Below are positions 48,745 through 57,185 of a DNA stretch of 58,387 nucleotides, one piece after another. A program made the translations under genes and the position numbers. Within the stretch, counting starts at the first letter, position 1. The number at the start of each line of letters is the position of its first letter. The stretch is taken from sequence record MF476925.1; one strand, given 5' to 3'. Under the pieces are notes generated by a model that was given only the letters and a program-made list of their open reading frames with translations, did no database searches and had not been told where the DNA came from. The stretch is from Klebsiella phage YMC16/01/N133_KPN_BP.

Positions 48745-48790
48745 GGGTGGCGGGGTCCCCTTTCGGGGGTCCCCTTTCGGGGGTCGCCGG
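48745..48790. repeat. GC-rich tandem repeat GGGGTCCCCTTTC x2 with flanking G-tracts (part of the 48360-48860 non-coding region)
   Basis: GGGGTCCCCTTTCGGGGGTCCCCTTTCGGGGGTCGCC seen directly. Further G-tracts at 48590-48625. Confidence 0.6.
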
Positions 48791-48814
48791 GCGCTGGCGG
48801 GGCCGATCAACGGG

Positions 48815-48842
48815 CATAAAAAAGCCCGCTCGAAAGCGGGCA
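48815..48842 (-). terminator. Rho-independent terminator (minus strand) after the YjgR-like gene
   Basis: Minus strand reads GCCCGCTTTCGAGCGGGCTTTTTTATG. Confidence 0.65.
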
Positions 48843-48863
48843 AAGGGCGCACGGCGTTACAGA

Positions 48864-50360
48864 CTATCGGCGGCGGGGGCGCTGGTGGTTGGCGCGGCCC
48901 TGGGCAATGCCCGCGCATACCGCTAAGGATAGCACAAGGGGCAGCGGGTACAGGATGACGGCAGGCGGCAGCAGCGCGGAGATCTTGGACACGACCCCGG
49001 ACCACGGAGCGCACAGGACACCGCCCACGGCGACGGCGGCAAGGTATAGCCAGCCGTGGCGACGGTCTGCCTTGCTGCTGTCATCGCGTGGCAAGTTCTG
49101 AATGTTAGGGTAAGGAGATTGCCAGCGCCCACGGCTCACGCGCTCCGCGCCGGGCACGGTCTCCGGCTCACGCCATCCGGGGAACATCAAGGCGGCGCGT
49201 TCTGCGTCACTGAGTGGGGACAAGCGGCAGCGCGGCAGCGCCATTTTGACAACGCGCGCGGCGGTCAGCGTGCCATCGTCACCCATGAATGAGACCAGCG
49301 CGGACCCTTTCGGCAGCGTCCCGATCACATCGGCAGCTTTAAAGCCCACGGGCGCGGGCATCGACTGCGCGGCGGCGTACACTGCCCGGGCATCAGCAGG
49401 CGTCACCGACCGCAGCGCGTGCTGTATGCGCAGGTGTAGCTGCCGTGAGATGCTATCCGGCAGATCGCCGGGTGCCTGCGTGGCGAAGAATACGCCTACA
49501 CCTTTTGAGCGGATGAGGCGCACGGTCTGATCTATCATGCGCAGCAGCTCGGGCGGCGCGTCATCGAATATCAGGTGAGCCTCATCGAGGATCATTGCGA
49601 AAATCGGCTTGTCAGTGTCTCCGACTTCAGGCAGCAGCGCCGCCAGGCGGTCAAGTATCATCATGAGAACGGCGGCATAGAGCCGGGGCGCACGTATCAG
49701 GCGCACGCAGTCGAGCATTGAGACAACGCCGCGCCCGTCGGGGGTATGCGCCAGCAGGTCAGCAAGGGCGAACGTGGAGCGGTCAAAGAAGGCCGCGCCG
49801 CCTGCGCGTTCAAGGCCCAGGATCGCCCGGCCAATTGCTGCGACGCTCGACGGCGTGATCAGACCGTAGCGGCTGCCGATGGCGTCCCGGTTCTCCGCGC
49901 AATGGTTCACCACGGTGCGCAGGTCCCGCAACGTGTCGAGCGGCAGCCCGTCATCCTCCGCAACGGCGAAAGCGATCTCTATCACGCCCGCCTGCACATC
50001 GGTAGCGCCCAGCGCACGCGCCACCAGCGCGGGACCCATCGCCCGGATCGTGGTGGTCAGCGGTCCGCCGCGCTCCCGGAAAACGTCCAGCAGGCGCACG
50101 GGCGCGGCTTCAGGTCGCCAGCCGGGGAACTCCTTCGCGCCGTCGAGCGTCGACGCCGCCGCCATCCCTGAGAGGTCGCCTTTTACGTCTGTGAGGAATA
50201 CCGGGACGCCGATCCGCGCCAGCGACTCAGCAAGCCCGATTGCGCTCACGCTTTTACCGGTACCCGTTGCGCCCGCGATCAAGCCGTGGCGGTTGAGGTA
50301 CTTCGCAGGGACGAAAACGGGGCCGCAGTCGGCCCCGATCATAATCTGGTAGTTAGTCAT
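48864..50360 (-). CDS. YjgR/DUF853-family HerA-like P-loop ATPase with C-terminal TM segments
   Basis: 498 aa. NRHGLIAGATGTGKSV, GVPVFLTDVKGDLSG, RLIRSKGVGVFFATQAPGDLPD and LRIQHALRSVTP closely parallel E. coli YjgR. Confidence 0.65.
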   Translation of the reverse strand: MTNYQIMIGADCGPVFVPAKYLNRHGLIAGATGTGKSVSAIGLAESLARIGVPVFLTDVKGDLSGMAAASTLDGAKEFPGWRPEAAPVRLLDVFRERGGPLTTTIRAMGPALVARALGATDVQAGVIEIAFAVAEDDGLPLDTLRDLRTVVNHCAENRDAIGSRYGLITPSSVAAIGRAILGLERAGGAAFFDRSTFALADLLAHTPDGRGVVSMLDCVRLIRAPRLYAAVLMMILDRLAALLPEVGDTDKPIFAMILDEAHLIFDDAPPELLRMIDQTVRLIRSKGVGVFFATQAPGDLPDSISRQLHLRIQHALRSVTPADARAVYAAAQSMPAPVGFKAADVIGTLPKGSALVSFMGDDGTLTAARVVKMALPRCRLSPLSDAERAALMFPGWREPETVPGAERVSRGRWQSPYPNIQNLPRDDSSKADRRHGWLYLAAVAVGGVLCAPWSGVVSKISALLPPAVILYPLPLVLSLAVCAGIAQGRANHQRPRRR

Positions 50361-50363
50361 CGT

Positions 50364-50591
50364 TCAGGACCCCGCGAATATAAATTTTTCACCGAAAGCG
50401 CGGACTTTGCAGCACTCACAGCGAAAGGAGTTTTCGCCCTCCACGGTCTCCGCCATTGAGAGCGGACCGTGTGCGGACTTCAGGAGGGCATAACCTGAAA
50501 ACATCGCGGTTTCACGCTCGATCGGCATATCCTCGATCTCATCGTTGGCGATGTAGTTCGCGCAGCTGGCGCACAGTTCGAAAGTAATCAT
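50364..50591 (-). CDS. Small Cys-rich protein (CxxC...CxCC)
   Basis: 75 aa. Confidence 0.4.
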   Translation of the reverse strand: MITFELCASCANYIANDEIEDMPIERETAMFSGYALLKSAHGPLSMAETVEGENSFRCECCKVRAFGEKFIFAGS

Positions 50592-50594
50592 AAT

Positions 50595-50735
50595 TCATGC
50601 TCCTGCATTCAGGCCGCGCAGGGCGACCCGAAAGTAATGTTTTGCGAGGATCCGCGCTTCAGTGGTCCTGATGGCTGCGAACTCACGCGCAAGCCGGTAG
50701 GCCGGGTGATTCCTGTATGCCTGCTGCCGGTTCAT
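50595..50735 (-). CDS. Unannotated 46-aa basic ORF (MNRQQAYRNHPAYRLAREFAAIRTTEARILAKHYFRVALRGLNAGA)
   Basis: Fills the gap between two ORFs with ATGA coupling. Coordinates approximate to +/-1. Confidence 0.25.
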   Translation of the reverse strand: MNRQQAYRNHPAYRLAREFAAIRTTEARILAKHYFRVALRGLNAGA

Positions 50736-50968
50736 ATCAGCGACTCCTGCACCTCGATTATCAGGCACTGCGCCGGCATCTCATCCGCGCGGCTCGTTAC
50801 CACTATCGCCGCCTTTTGGGTGATGCTTACGCCGATCTGTGAGGCGGCGGCGCTAAACTGTTTTTGCACGCGGGTAACGTCGCCGCCATCGACCGCCCAC
50901 AAGGTGCGGTCGCCGGGCTTCATAGTCCGCAGTAAATCTATCTTGCTGGATACCGGGTTGATCATCAT
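50732..50968 (-). CDS. Hypothetical protein
   Basis: 78 aa. Preceded directly by the 19-bp direct-repeat motif. Confidence 0.4.
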   Translation of the reverse strand: MMINPVSSKIDLLRTMKPGDRTLWAVDGGDVTRVQKQFSAAASQIGVSITQKAAIVVTSRADEMPAQCLIIEVQESLI

Positions 50969-50996
50969 GTTGAATATTCCACAAATGGTTGAATGT
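50966..50996 (-). promoter_or_regulatory. Direct repeat ATTCAAC-N12-ATTCAAC (minus-strand orientation) abutting the start codon
   Basis: Plus strand GTTGAA at 50969 and 50988 (19-bp periodicity). Confidence 0.45.
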
Positions 50997-51676
50997 TAGG
51001 ACCAGCACGAGACTACATAGCGGCCTTCGCGGTTTACTTTCAGCTTCTCGCCTACTTTAATTTCAGGTTTACCGATGCTTATTTCCCCGGCCTCGATCTT
51101 CTGGTCTACCGCTGCGGCGTCATCACCATATGCTGCGTAATAGCTGACCGCGTCGGCGTGTTTCTCCTGGTAGTCGGGGGCGCTGTCTGCGTCCTATGCA
51201 CTTAATGTAATACCTTACAGTTGTATTGTCAACTATTGGTTGAATGCTTTTCGCGTTCTCCTGTGGTGCTGACCGTGGCGCGGGCGGCGCTGTCCTGGGG
51301 CCTGGTCTGCGTGCTGCCCTGCTGGCCAGGTCTCACGGTTTCACTGTGCGCGCCAGCCAGGCGGGGGAGAATCCCATCAACTCAATGAACGGTTGAGCGT
51401 AGGCCGCGCCAGCCTGGCGGCGTGATGCGCGGCGGCGGTCGCTTTCAGGTCGGAGGGTGACCGGGTCGCTCGGGGTCCCATCGGGGGTGGGGTGGGTCGC
51501 CGCGGGGGACGCGGAGCGCGGTTTTCGAGGAATTTCAAAAACGTCAATAGCCCCCTACGACCGAAATCGTTTTTGTTTCGTTCGAAAGTGAGGGCTTTAA
51601 GTTATTGAGTTAAAAGGTTTCGCGGTTACTGCGGGGTTAGGATTTATCCGATATGTGGATCCCCATATCGGGCCCC

Positions 51677-52087
51677 TTAGATGAGTTCATCGATATCGTC
51701 ATCCGCCGGGTCTTCCGGTTTCGCGGTCTCCGCGGTTTCTTCGTAGCCGATGTCGTCCGGGATCAGCTCCATGAAGTCGGCCACATTCAGGTGGTCCCAG
51801 ACGTCGTTGCGCTCGGCGCCATCCACCAGTTCGAAGATTTTCTTCAAGGCCGCAGTATGGACCGCGGGCGCAATCTCCACCACACTGTCGATCTGCGGGT
51901 TATGCTTCGGCCAGAAACCGTATGTACGGTGGCACTCGTGAAAGGCGGCATCGCCGGCCGGTAGGCTGTTCTTCCCGTTCCACGGCTGCGCCAGCGAGAC
52001 CTCGAAGGAGAACGTGCGCGGGGCGAACGCGCCGGGGTTGTCGTCGGACTCACGGTAGGCGGTGGCTGTTACGAGGTATTTAGGCAT
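51677..52087 (-). CDS. Hypothetical early protein with acidic tail ...PADDDIDELI
   Basis: 136 aa. Confidence 0.45.
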   Translation of the reverse strand: MPKYLVTATAYRESDDNPGAFAPRTFSFEVSLAQPWNGKNSLPAGDAAFHECHRTYGFWPKHNPQIDSVVEIAPAVHTAALKKIFELVDGAERNDVWDHLNVADFMELIPDDIGYEETAETAKPEDPADDDIDELI

Positions 52088-52096
52088 TCTTACCCC

Positions 52097-52720
52097 CTAG
52101 ATCAGTTCGTCTTCTTCGGCGTCTGCTGCTGCCTGCGGGTGCAGGTAGTCACCGATGCCGCGGGTGTACGGGATGCGGAGGGACAGGCCGATGGTGGCGG
52201 TGGTGAACAGCACAAGAGCGGTACCGAAGTTCACCCCTGTCTTCATCGTCTGGCCGTCCCGCTCCATGAAATTGTAGCGGCCGTCTGGCTCGTACACGAT
52301 CACGTCGTACTGCAGGTTATCCCGCCACCAGTTCGACACCGGCTCGTAGGGCAGCAGCATCATGCCAGGGCGGCCGGCAGCCTGCTGCTTACGGGCGTGC
52401 TGGATGAACTCCACCTTGCGGTCAAACGGCGGATTGCACCACCAGTCGGCGGGCCAGTCGAGCTGCAGGCTGTCGTCGCCACGATCGAGGCCGAAATAGT
52501 CCACGATGCCGCACTTGCTGGTGGCCTTCTCTGCCGCGACGTCGAACAGGAACGGGCGCCCGTAGAGGTGCTGCGCGTCATAGAACTGCCGCCACGAGGT
52601 GGCCCAGAAATTCTTGTCCCCGTCGGCCGTTGACGACTTCTTGCCGGGGTTAAATGATCCAGCCATAAGGCTCCTTAAAACGTCAGTTGCGAATTCAACA
52701 TTCAGGTGAGATTCTGGCAC
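52097..52720 (-). CDS. Phage Dam-family N6-adenine DNA methyltransferase (NPPF motif) with acidic tail ...DAEEDELI; GTG start
   Basis: 207 aa. FWATSWRQFYD...DWWCNPPFD matches the phage Dam (pfam05869-type) layout. Confidence 0.65.
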   Translation of the reverse strand: MPESHLNVEFATDVLRSLMAGSFNPGKKSSTADGDKNFWATSWRQFYDAQHLYGRPFLFDVAAEKATSKCGIVDYFGLDRGDDSLQLDWPADWWCNPPFDRKVEFIQHARKQQAAGRPGMMLLPYEPVSNWWRDNLQYDVIVYEPDGRYNFMERDGQTMKTGVNFGTALVLFTTATIGLSLRIPYTRGIGDYLHPQAAADAEEDELI

Positions 52721-52734
52721 AGGTTGAGGTCAGT

Positions 52735-52753
52735 ATTCAACCAAATATTGAAT
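52735..52753. promoter_or_regulatory. Palindrome ATTCAAC-CAAAT-ATTGAAT upstream of Rz
   Basis: Followed by the AGGAGG Shine-Dalgarno and the ATG at 52771. Confidence 0.45.
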
Positions 52754-52770
52754 ATTCTTCAGGAGGTATC

Positions 52771-53178
52771 ATGATCCAGAAAATACTCGGTGCTGTCGCG
52801 GCCATTCTGCTGGTGGTCGCCGGCACGCTGGCCTTTCAGCTACACGGTGCTCGATCGGAGGTCAGCACGCTAACCAGCGACCGGGACGCGGCTAAGCAGG
52901 AGGCCAGCAACGCGAAGCAGGCGCAGGCGGTGGCGGAGGCGCAGAACGCTCTGCTCGCCGGTGCTTTCAAAGCCCTCGATACTCGGCTGCAGCAGCTCGG
53001 CACCGACCAGAAACTCAACAACGAACAGCTCGCCCGCCAGATCGAGGGGCTGGGCAATATCCAGAAATCCGAAGGAGATGACCCAAATGCGATTACATGC
53101 CTTGATACCCGTGTGCCTGCTGAGCTTGATAAGTGGCTGCTCGACGCCCCCTACGACCCAGCCAACGGTCATCACTGA
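52771..53178 (+). CDS. i-spanin (Rz-like)
   Basis: 135 aa. N-terminal TM (ILGAVAAILLVVAGTLAF) then coiled-coil. Strong AGGAGG Shine-Dalgarno. Confidence 0.6.
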   Translation: MIQKILGAVAAILLVVAGTLAFQLHGARSEVSTLTSDRDAAKQEASNAKQAQAVAEAQNALLAGAFKALDTRLQQLGTDQKLNNEQLARQIEGLGNIQKSEGDDPNAITCLDTRVPAELDKWLLDAPYDPANGHH

Positions 53179-53380
53179 GTACAGGAATGTTTACATCCCG
53201 GAGACAATGCTCACGGCCTGCGAGAAGACCGCATGGCGTGGCGGCACCTACCGTGGGCTCGCGGCGCTGGCGAAGTCCAGAGGGACCGACGTCGATAACT
53301 GCAATGCTCAGCTTAAAGCGGCAAGGGACTATCAGAACGATCTGAGGGCTCGTGAAGAGTCAAACCGGGCCAAAAAGTAG
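53087..53380 (+). CDS. o-spanin (Rz1-like lipoprotein), overlapping the 3' end of Rz in another frame
   Basis: 97 aa. Signal peptide with lipobox LISGC (MRLHALIPVCLLSLISGCSTPP). Confidence 0.55.
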   Translation: MRLHALIPVCLLSLISGCSTPPTTQPTVITEYRNVYIPETMLTACEKTAWRGGTYRGLAALAKSRGTDVDNCNAQLKAARDYQNDLRAREESNRAKK

Positions 53381-53717
53381 GATGTAACCTAATAATCCGC
53401 CGATTACCTTTTATTTTGGGGCGTCGGCGGATTAGGTATCTCCCCGAACTGGTTCAATTTCATATAGATAGCCCTCAAAGTTACCTAATAACTCAATAAC
53501 CTAATATATGAACTACACATATGTAAATATTGTCGTCGTACATATGAACGGTGAGATCATGTGTCACACATATAAATACATATGCACATATAAGGGGTAG
53601 GAAAGATTGGGTAACTTCAAATTTTAGGTAAAAACGCTCGCAAGCATATGAAAAATAACATGAAAGTGCGCGTACCCATTCAGTAACATGACCTCTTTAT
53701 CAGGTAACAGGTAACAA
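53381..53717. other. AT-rich non-coding region with repeated CATATG/ACATATG motifs (candidate origin of replication or regulatory hub next to the primase)
   Basis: At least 5 CATATG-containing motifs between 53519 and 53650 (CACATATGTAAA, GTACATATGAAC, CACACATATAAATACATATGCACATATAA, GCATATGAAAAA). Confidence 0.4.
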
Positions 53718-53746
53718 CAAAAAACCCGCCGAAGCGGGTTTTGTTT
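53718..53746. terminator. Bidirectional Rho-independent terminator AAAAAACCCGCCGAAGCGGGTTTTGTTT between the spanins and the primase
   Basis: Hairpin flanked by an A-run and a T-run. Confidence 0.7.
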
Positions 53747-56585
53747 AAATCAGGTCGTCATTTTCCATATCATCGCCTTCACCTTCCTCCAGCGCTCGAT
53801 GTTTTTCCAGCGCCTTCTTCAGCATCTCCTTGCCCCTGAGACTGAGCTTTCCATCCTCCTGAAGGAGAGATACGTCCCTGGTATAGACCGACAGCTTCGT
53901 CAGGTTGCCATCAATTCTGACCACCGTATTCTGCGCGGCTCGGAATCCCTGCGGCACCAGAAACGAGGCTCCGCTCTTCGTATTGAGGCTTCTGTCGACC
54001 CCGTGGATCTGAAAAGCCTCCTTCAGATGAGACATGATGAGGATGTCGCTGGTGATGCACGGGTACCTGTCGTCATCGAGCAGGTCCTGGAGAATCGTCT
54101 CTGCTTCTGACCGGGCGTTGTTAGCCACTATCGTCCGGTAGCGCGTGCGCGGGGCACGTTCCTTCGGGCGATAATACTCGCTGAACTGGTATTTCTCGAA
54201 ATAGGCTTTGAACTGCCACGGGTGGTCCTTAATGTGCTCGTACAGCGTCTGGACATAGTGCACCCCTTCCTTCTCCCGGTTGGCCTCGCGCCACTCGGTC
54301 ACCGCGTCGTCCGTATGGAAGCGGGTGAACACCACCAGATAGCGGTCGTCGCTCTCGTCCAGCGGCAGGGCGTTCTCGTGGTTGGTCATCATGTAGAAGT
54401 TCGCGAGGTTTTCCTGCTGCTCGGCATCCTTGTTCATGGCGCGCACAGAGGCCGTGGAGTTCGAAATCAGTGGCTTCATCTTCTCCAGAACTGCGTAGGC
54501 TTCCAGGCCGCCGATTTTCACCTCTTCCAGACCAACGAAGCACCGGTTCGAAATCCAGCCGTTGTGCTTTTCCTTCAGCACGTCGTTGTTGATCTCGTTG
54601 CAGTTCTGTTTACCGAGCATACGGGTGATCAGCGTCTTCAGCGTGGACTTACCTTCGTTACGGGACCCCTTTACCAGCAGCGCATACGGCAGCTTGACGC
54701 CCGGGAATTTCACACAATGAGCGACGAAATCAGACACCAGAGCGCGCTCGCGGTCATCCGGGAACAGGTCCTTCATGAGTCGTTTATACAGCTTGACGCC
54801 CTCGTTACCCCGGTACGCGGTGCGCTCGATGATGGCAGGCCGGTAGAGGTTAAGCAGGCACTCTCCACCGACAATAGGCAACCTGTCATCCGGGTGCTGC
54901 GGGTCGTAGGTAGTGCGAATGGCGCGCGGCACAGGGTTATTGGACCCCAGAGCTGCCGACAGAGCCGGGATGCGCGGTGTCCCGTTCTCCGTCACCCCAT
55001 AGGTGTCGATCGCTTCCTTGAAGTAGCGGTTGTTGAACGCCTCTTTCCCCATAGGACGCATCTCATTGTCTGACAGGCAGTAGAATGCGTTCTCGCTGAC
55101 CACGAAAACCACGTCGTCCAGCCATTCAGGGCGGTTATCATCCCCGTTTCCGATGAGCCGGTTAACCTTCCGCTCAGTGACTTCCTTTCGAACGAAAGCC
55201 TTCGTCATCGGCGAGCCAAGCTCTTTGGCCTTTTCGATGATTTTCGGGATGAAGTTCTCCCGGCGCCACGCCTGCAGGAAGTCGGCTGGTGCGCCGGCGA
55301 TGGCATGGCATACCTTCTGCAGGTCGTCCACGTTCTCCGCGATGCGGATCAGGCGGAACACCTCGGTGCAGTATTCCTCCAGGGTCTTCGGCTTTTTGCG
55401 CTTCGGAGTGGTGTCGCCGATAAGGTCGTCTTCATCGTCGTCCTCCTCATCATCGCCAAAATCAGGCAGCAGGGCAGCGGCCATCTCTGTCTGCTCTTCC
55501 TCAATCTCGGCTTCGATCTCCGCCAGCGCCTCCAGCACGGCAGGCTGCTGGCGCATCAGGGCTTCCATCGCCTTGTACGACTCCAGCTCTACCGGCGAGC
55601 TGATATCATCCTTGTCGATGCCGTCATCCAGGTCGCCGAACAGCACCAGACGCCCGGTGTCAAAGGTGGTGTGCTGGCCGTGGGCCACGTCGGAGTGCGA
55701 GTGGTCAGAGTGGATAAAGGCGTCGTCGTAGATGCGGACTGACGCGGCGCCGGAGGCACCAAACGGGCGGTAACGTCCTTCCCCCACATACTCGTAATGG
55801 TCAGACAGGAACTGCTCGATGAAGTCTTCCGGGGTGTACGCGCGGTGGACGGCCGTGATAATAGGGGCTGTCGTTTTCTTGTCTTCCGGGTGCTGCCGGC
55901 TGCCGGTGATGCCTTTGGCACTGTCGACGCCATCCGGGCGAACAGGCCAGCTGTCAGGGTCGGTAATGTCGTACTTTTTGAACGCCTTTTTAGGGTCCAG
56001 GAACTTGCCATCGAACGTCTGGTGGAAGAACTCTCCATCAGAGCAGACGCTGGGCATAAACATCAGCTGCGCGGTCACGAATGACTCAGCGGCGACGGCC
56101 ATCATATTCTCGTCAACCAGCTCCGCGACGTAGCGGACCACCAGCTCGTACTCATCTTTGGTGACATCAGCGGCCAGCGGCACGATAACGCGGAAACGCG
56201 GCTTCTCGATGGTGTGCTTGCGGGTGGTGTGGACGTGATAGGCCAGGCCTTTGAGCCCCTCTATACCGCCGCGGTAGATAATCTCGTCCCAGACAGTGTC
56301 CGCATGGTCATCGATGTCTAGCGTAACGACCGAACGGCATTCCAGATTCACTTTGCGGCGCTTGCCGTCTTTGAACTGGCCGCCTACGAAATAGCCCTTA
56401 TTCTTGAGGTTGCGTTGCTCTTCAACCGACATATCGAGGTAGTCGGCGAGGGTAACGTCATCGCGAACTGGTTCTTCGAAACGAGAGACGAGTTCCTGCC
56501 ACGTCAGCTCTTCGTTTTTTACTACCGACAGGTTTTTCTTACCTGGCTTGCCGAAGGAGACCTTCAGCGTGCGGGTTTGACTCAT
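53745..56585 (-). CDS. Primase-helicase (P4 alpha / D5-like) with acidic tail ...EGDDMENDDLI
   Basis: 946 aa. N-terminal primase-polymerase-like region (VVTLDIDD). C-terminal P-loop (VKGSRNEGKSTL) as in D5/P4-type helicases. Confidence 0.65.
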   Translation of the reverse strand: MSQTRTLKVSFGKPGKKNLSVVKNEELTWQELVSRFEEPVRDDVTLADYLDMSVEEQRNLKNKGYFVGGQFKDGKRRKVNLECRSVVTLDIDDHADTVWDEIIYRGGIEGLKGLAYHVHTTRKHTIEKPRFRVIVPLAADVTKDEYELVVRYVAELVDENMMAVAAESFVTAQLMFMPSVCSDGEFFHQTFDGKFLDPKKAFKKYDITDPDSWPVRPDGVDSAKGITGSRQHPEDKKTTAPIITAVHRAYTPEDFIEQFLSDHYEYVGEGRYRPFGASGAASVRIYDDAFIHSDHSHSDVAHGQHTTFDTGRLVLFGDLDDGIDKDDISSPVELESYKAMEALMRQQPAVLEALAEIEAEIEEEQTEMAAALLPDFGDDEEDDDEDDLIGDTTPKRKKPKTLEEYCTEVFRLIRIAENVDDLQKVCHAIAGAPADFLQAWRRENFIPKIIEKAKELGSPMTKAFVRKEVTERKVNRLIGNGDDNRPEWLDDVVFVVSENAFYCLSDNEMRPMGKEAFNNRYFKEAIDTYGVTENGTPRIPALSAALGSNNPVPRAIRTTYDPQHPDDRLPIVGGECLLNLYRPAIIERTAYRGNEGVKLYKRLMKDLFPDDRERALVSDFVAHCVKFPGVKLPYALLVKGSRNEGKSTLKTLITRMLGKQNCNEINNDVLKEKHNGWISNRCFVGLEEVKIGGLEAYAVLEKMKPLISNSTASVRAMNKDAEQQENLANFYMMTNHENALPLDESDDRYLVVFTRFHTDDAVTEWREANREKEGVHYVQTLYEHIKDHPWQFKAYFEKYQFSEYYRPKERAPRTRYRTIVANNARSEAETILQDLLDDDRYPCITSDILIMSHLKEAFQIHGVDRSLNTKSGASFLVPQGFRAAQNTVVRIDGNLTKLSVYTRDVSLLQEDGKLSLRGKEMLKKALEKHRALEEGEGDDMENDDLI

Positions 56586-56788
56586 ATCAGCTCCCTGTCA
56601 CGCAAGTCTTTTAATTTGAGTTCGATCAGCTCCAGCATTGAGTCTGGAACGGTGTGGTACTTCCCCGAATGCCAGTCCTTTGCCCGCTGGTAACTACGTC
56701 GGGTTATGGTGGCTACTTGCTGCAGGGTCAGACCGTATTCTTTGACTAGCGAACGAAACTTCGCAGTATTGGGATGTATACTTTCCAA
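56582..56788 (-). CDS. HTH DNA-binding regulator
   Basis: 68 aa. LTLQQVATITRRSYQRAKDW HTH. Confidence 0.45.
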   Translation of the reverse strand: MESIHPNTAKFRSLVKEYGLTLQQVATITRRSYQRAKDWHSGKYHTVPDSMLELIELKLKDLRDRELI

Positions 56789-56882
56789 AGTGGAGTCCTC
56801 TGTGGCGCCGTATTTAGAGCAATACTATCAGAGGAATCTTAGGAGGTGCAACTGTTAGCCGATAATTCGACTAACAGTTGAA

Positions 56883-57131
56883 TCAGATGACGAACTTGAG
56901 CAGCTCAGACTGGAGGATATTGCCGTTGGCGAGTTCCACGATTTGCTTCACGCGCTTCGGCGGGACTCGCCCGGCTTCAATCCATTTGTAGACGTTCTGG
57001 TAGGACACTCCTAGGCGCTTCGCCAGGAGCATAATGCTGCGTTTTCCCTTAGCGTCCGGGGGGCACGCCTGCAGCAGCAGGTCATGCAGCGGACCTAAGT
57101 CTCCGTACCGGCCCGCTGGTTTGATGGTCAT
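56883..57131 (-). CDS. Cro/YdaS-like HTH regulator
   Basis: 82 aa from the internal Met. LLAKRLGVSYQNVYKWIEAGRVP is a typical Cro/CI-type HTH. Confidence 0.5.
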   Translation of the reverse strand: MTIKPAGRYGDLGPLHDLLLQACPPDAKGKRSIMLLAKRLGVSYQNVYKWIEAGRVPPKRVKQIVELANGNILQSELLKFVI

Positions 57132-57185
57132 AGTTGCTCCACTCAATAGATGGTTGAATGATTGCAGCATACAGCAGCCAGGCAT

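Noticed and set aside
48745-48790. Possible CRISPR-like array (GGGGTCCCCTTTC repeats)
   Set aside because: Only two adjacent 13-bp copies with no spacers. Not a CRISPR array.
48246-48958. ORFs 48246..48674, 48553..48819, 48626..48958 in the GC-rich non-coding block
   Set aside because: Gly/Arg/Pro-rich translations of G-tract repeats, with no start context. Treated as non-coding.
50993-51205. Plus-strand ORF 50993..51205 and a possible minus-strand ORF in 51005-51200
   Set aside because: The plus ORF opposes the operon direction. The minus-strand open frame lacks any ATG/GTG/TTG start with a Shine-Dalgarno. Left unannotated.
52687-53178. Longer Rz ORF starting at 52687
   Set aside because: The strong AGGAGG-N6-ATG at 52771 and the N-terminal TM right after it make the shorter start far more likely. 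The upstream extension overlaps the Dam start region.
54222-56084. Plus-strand ORFs inside the primase gene (54222..55073, 55153..55731, 55305..55742)
   Set aside because: Antisense to a 946-aa gene with P-loop and primase motifs. No independent support.
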